From an uncultured Candidatus Peribacteria bacterium (GTDB lineage Bacteria > Patescibacteriota > Gracilibacteria > Peribacterales > Peribacteraceae): a stretch of 64,000 nucleotides of DNA. The stretch is from the NCBI GenBank assembly GCA_964632395.1, contig CAZWES010000004.1, positions 120-64,119 of the forward strand. Reading direction: 5' to 3'. The position numbers were made by a program, and so were the translations under genes. Below, in pieces: positions 62,127 to 64,000 of this stretch. The notes under the pieces were generated by a model. The model had not been told where the DNA came from, searched no databases, and saw only the letters and a list, made by a program, of their open reading frames with translations. Numbering within the stretch: position 1 is the first letter of the stretch; the number at the start of each line of letters is the position of its first letter.

Positions 62127-63400
62127 CTTTTAGTTCCATCAAACGGCTGATTCCTCAGCGCCACCCCATTCGCCTTGGCTGGCATTTCATAAAGGCATTC
62201 TTTGCAGCGCTCATCAATGGGTTTCCTGCGCGTAAGTTGACTGTTATCGGTGTGACTGGGACGGATGGGAAGACGACTGTTGTTTCTATGATTTCGCATA
62301 TTCTCCAGAATGCTGGGAGGAAGGTTGGATCGGCTTCTACAACTACTTTCAAAATTGGAGATAAAGTGGAAGCGAATGTGACACAGAAAACCTCGATGAG
62401 TCCGTTTCTACTCCAAAAAAAATTGCGTGAGATGGTAAAAGCCGGATGCGAGTTTGCAGTTCTGGAAGTTTCCTCACATGGGCTTGTGCAGGGTCGCGTT
62501 CACCACATTTTCCCGAGAGTCGTAGCGGTGACGAATACTTCAGAGGAGCATTTGGATTATCACGGGACTATGGAGCAGTATAGGAAAGATAAAGGCAAAC
62601 TCTTCAAGATGTTGAAAGGCAAGGGGACTAAGGTCTTGAATGCTGCGGATGAGTCATTCAAGATTTATAGAGAGATCCCATCAGATGAAACGATTACTTT
62701 CAATGATCCGGAGGGTGGTCTTTGGGTATCGGAGATAAATGCAGAATTCAAAATGCAAAATGCAAAATTACATACGGATTTAGGTGGGGCGGTTGATTTG
62801 GAGATTGGCGTACCTGGAAAATTTAATTTTGATAATGCGATGTGTGCGATTGGATGCTCGGTGTCAGTTGGAATTCCGCTTGAGGTTTGCATCAATGCCC
62901 TGGCAAGTTTTTGCGGAGTTGAGGGGAGGCTTGAAGAGATTGACGAAGGTCAGAACTTTCGTGTTTTTGTGGACTTCACTGTTACTGCCGCAGCGTATGA
63001 GGGAGTGCTTTCTGCTCTACGCCCGATGGTTTCGCCTGGCAAACGTCTACTTATTGTGACCAGTGCATGTGGGGATCGTATGCAGGAGAAGCGTCCGGCA
63101 CTTGGGAAGATTTGCAGTAATGGCGCTGACGTTGTCGTTGTGACGAGTGACGAAACTTATGGTGAGCCGCACGAGAAAATAATGAGTGAGATCTGGTCTG
63201 GGATTGATGAGTCAAAATGTTCTGCTCACAAAGTTCCGGATCGGCGCGAGGCGATAGAGTTCATCATCAATCAAGCCGAAGAAGGTGATGTGGTTGCGAT
63301 CTGTGGTATGGCTGGAGTGACGACCATGATGACGCCGGAGGGTCAAGTGGAGTGGGATGAAGGGGGGATTGTGGGGGAGGTGCTAATATTACGCTCATGA
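62120..63400 (+). CDS. murE: Mur ligase, most likely UDP-MurNAc-L-Ala-D-Glu:meso-DAP (or L-Lys) ligase
   Basis: P-loop IGVTGTDGKTT, then EVSSHGL and TNTSEEHLDYHGTMEQYRKDKGKLF as in MurE. The N-terminal domain is short. Confidence 0.8.
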   Translation: MTPFSSIKRLIPQRHPIRLGWHFIKAFFAALINGFPARKLTVIGVTGTDGKTTVVSMISHILQNAGRKVGSASTTTFKIGDKVEANVTQKTSMSPFLLQKKLREMVKAGCEFAVLEVSSHGLVQGRVHHIFPRVVAVTNTSEEHLDYHGTMEQYRKDKGKLFKMLKGKGTKVLNAADESFKIYREIPSDETITFNDPEGGLWVSEINAEFKMQNAKLHTDLGGAVDLEIGVPGKFNFDNAMCAIGCSVSVGIPLEVCINALASFCGVEGRLEEIDEGQNFRVFVDFTVTAAAYEGVLSALRPMVSPGKRLLIVTSACGDRMQEKRPALGKICSNGADVVVVTSDETYGEPHEKIMSEIWSGIDESKCSAHKVPDRREAIEFIINQAEEGDVVAICGMAGVTTMMTPEGQVEWDEGGIVGEVLILRS

Positions 63401-64000
63401 AAGAAGCAATCATCGCCGGGCTGGATGAAGCGGGAAGGGGGTGCCTTGCGGGGCCTGTTGTTGCGGGGGCGTGTGTTGTGGAGGTGGAAACGTGTCGTCC
63501 TTCGTCTCCGTGGCAGCTGTGTCATGCTGAGCGGAGCCCGGAGCGTAGCGGAGGGCGGAGACGAAGCACGACCAGCTGCCGCTCCGCTCAGGATGACACG
63601 TTTCCCATTATCACAGACTCAAAAAAGATGACTGAAGAGCAGCGAAACTCATCCTTCATCTTCATCAAAAAGAATTTTCCATGTGGAATTGGAGTTGCAC
63701 CTGCTTCTTACGTTGATGAGCACGGCATTCTTGGAGCCACGGAGCTTGCGATGCATCAGGCGTTATTTGAGCTTGAAAAAATTATCAAACCAACTTACTT
63801 GCTGATAGATGGCCGGGATCACTTTTGGTTTGATGTTCCTCATTCCTCAATAATCCGTGGTGACGAGAAGGAGCTTTGCATCGCGGCAGCCTCTATCCTT
63901 GCTAAAGTCACACGTGACAGGCTTATGGTGGAGTATGACATGGAATATCCAGGATATGGCTTTGCAGAGCATAAAGGGTATGGGACGGATTTTCATCGAA
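63397..64000 (+). CDS. rnhB: Ribonuclease HII (3' end beyond window) with in-frame palindromic repeat insertion
   Basis: Own translation from ATG 63397 (ATGA overlap with the murE stop): GLDEAGRGCLAGPVVAGA, DSKKMTEEQR, IAAASILAKVTRD, YGFAEHKGYGT. This ORF is not in the supplied track because it runs off the window. Confidence 0.88.
   Translation, partial: MKEAIIAGLDEAGRGCLAGPVVAGACVVEVETCRPSSPWQLCHAERSPERSGGRRRSTTSCRSAQDDTFPIITDSKKMTEEQRNSSFIFIKKNFPCGIGVAPASYVDEHGILGATELAMHQALFELEKIIKPTYLLIDGRDHFWFDVPHSSIIRGDEKELCIAAASILAKVTRDRLMVEYDMEYPGYGFAEHKGYGTDFHR

Noticed and set aside
1-64000. CRISPR array search among the many repeats.
   Set aside because: No run of regularly spaced identical direct repeats with unique spacers exists. 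The repeats are palindromic, dispersed singly, and differ in family. No cas-like genes were seen.
1-64000. Alternative genetic code (UGA reassigned, as in some candidate phyla).
   Set aside because: Long conserved genes end cleanly at TGA (e.g. murE, eno) as well as at TAA/TAG. No conserved protein shows in-frame TGA, and the tRNA-Gly here has a normal UCC anticodon.

Overview
This is a gene-dense bacterial window read in the standard genetic code; TGA, TAA and TAG all act as stops in long intact ORFs. It contains no rRNA, no CRISPR array and no obvious prophage.

Gene content is mostly housekeeping. It includes nadK, rdgB, a UvrD-type helicase-nuclease, rpoD, dnaG, leuS, der, rpsP, murJ, ppsA, gdhA, trxB, rpmG, argS, rseP, dnaA, corA, eno, infB, rplS, lepA, yidD, murE and rnhB. 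It also has two GT4 glycosyltransferases, a HEPN/nucleotidyltransferase pair, a T4SS-pilin-like gene, tRNA-Trp and tRNA-Gly. The gene set and the many tailed or extended proteins suggest a reduced-genome, CPR/Patescibacteria-like organism, but this is a low-confidence inference.

The main signal is mobile and palindromic DNA.
1. leuS carries a complete HUH/Y1 (RAYT / IS200-TnpA-like) transposase domain fused in frame at the start of its editing domain. The domain sits next to an 84-nt three-hairpin module that recurs, with compensatory stem changes, 25 nt upstream of the leuS start codon.
2. A small GIY-YIG nuclease gene lies inside a 580-bp cassette of nested inverted repeats. A cargo-less copy of the same cassette lies at the window start.
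3. Several palindromic repeat families, many with GTCATGCTGAG...CTCAGCATGAC-type termini, are scattered through intergenic DNA. They also sit in frame inside helicase, der, a glycosyltransferase, argS, lepA and rnhB, much like Rickettsia palindromic elements.
4. The last 135 nt of dnaA are duplicated, and the two copies flank a 109-aa ORF.
5. A 71-nt alanine-type tRNA-like (tmRNA-TLD-like) gene ends in an encoded CCA. A possible antisense small RNA lies next to it.

All calls come from reading the sequence and translations by eye. No database searches were run.
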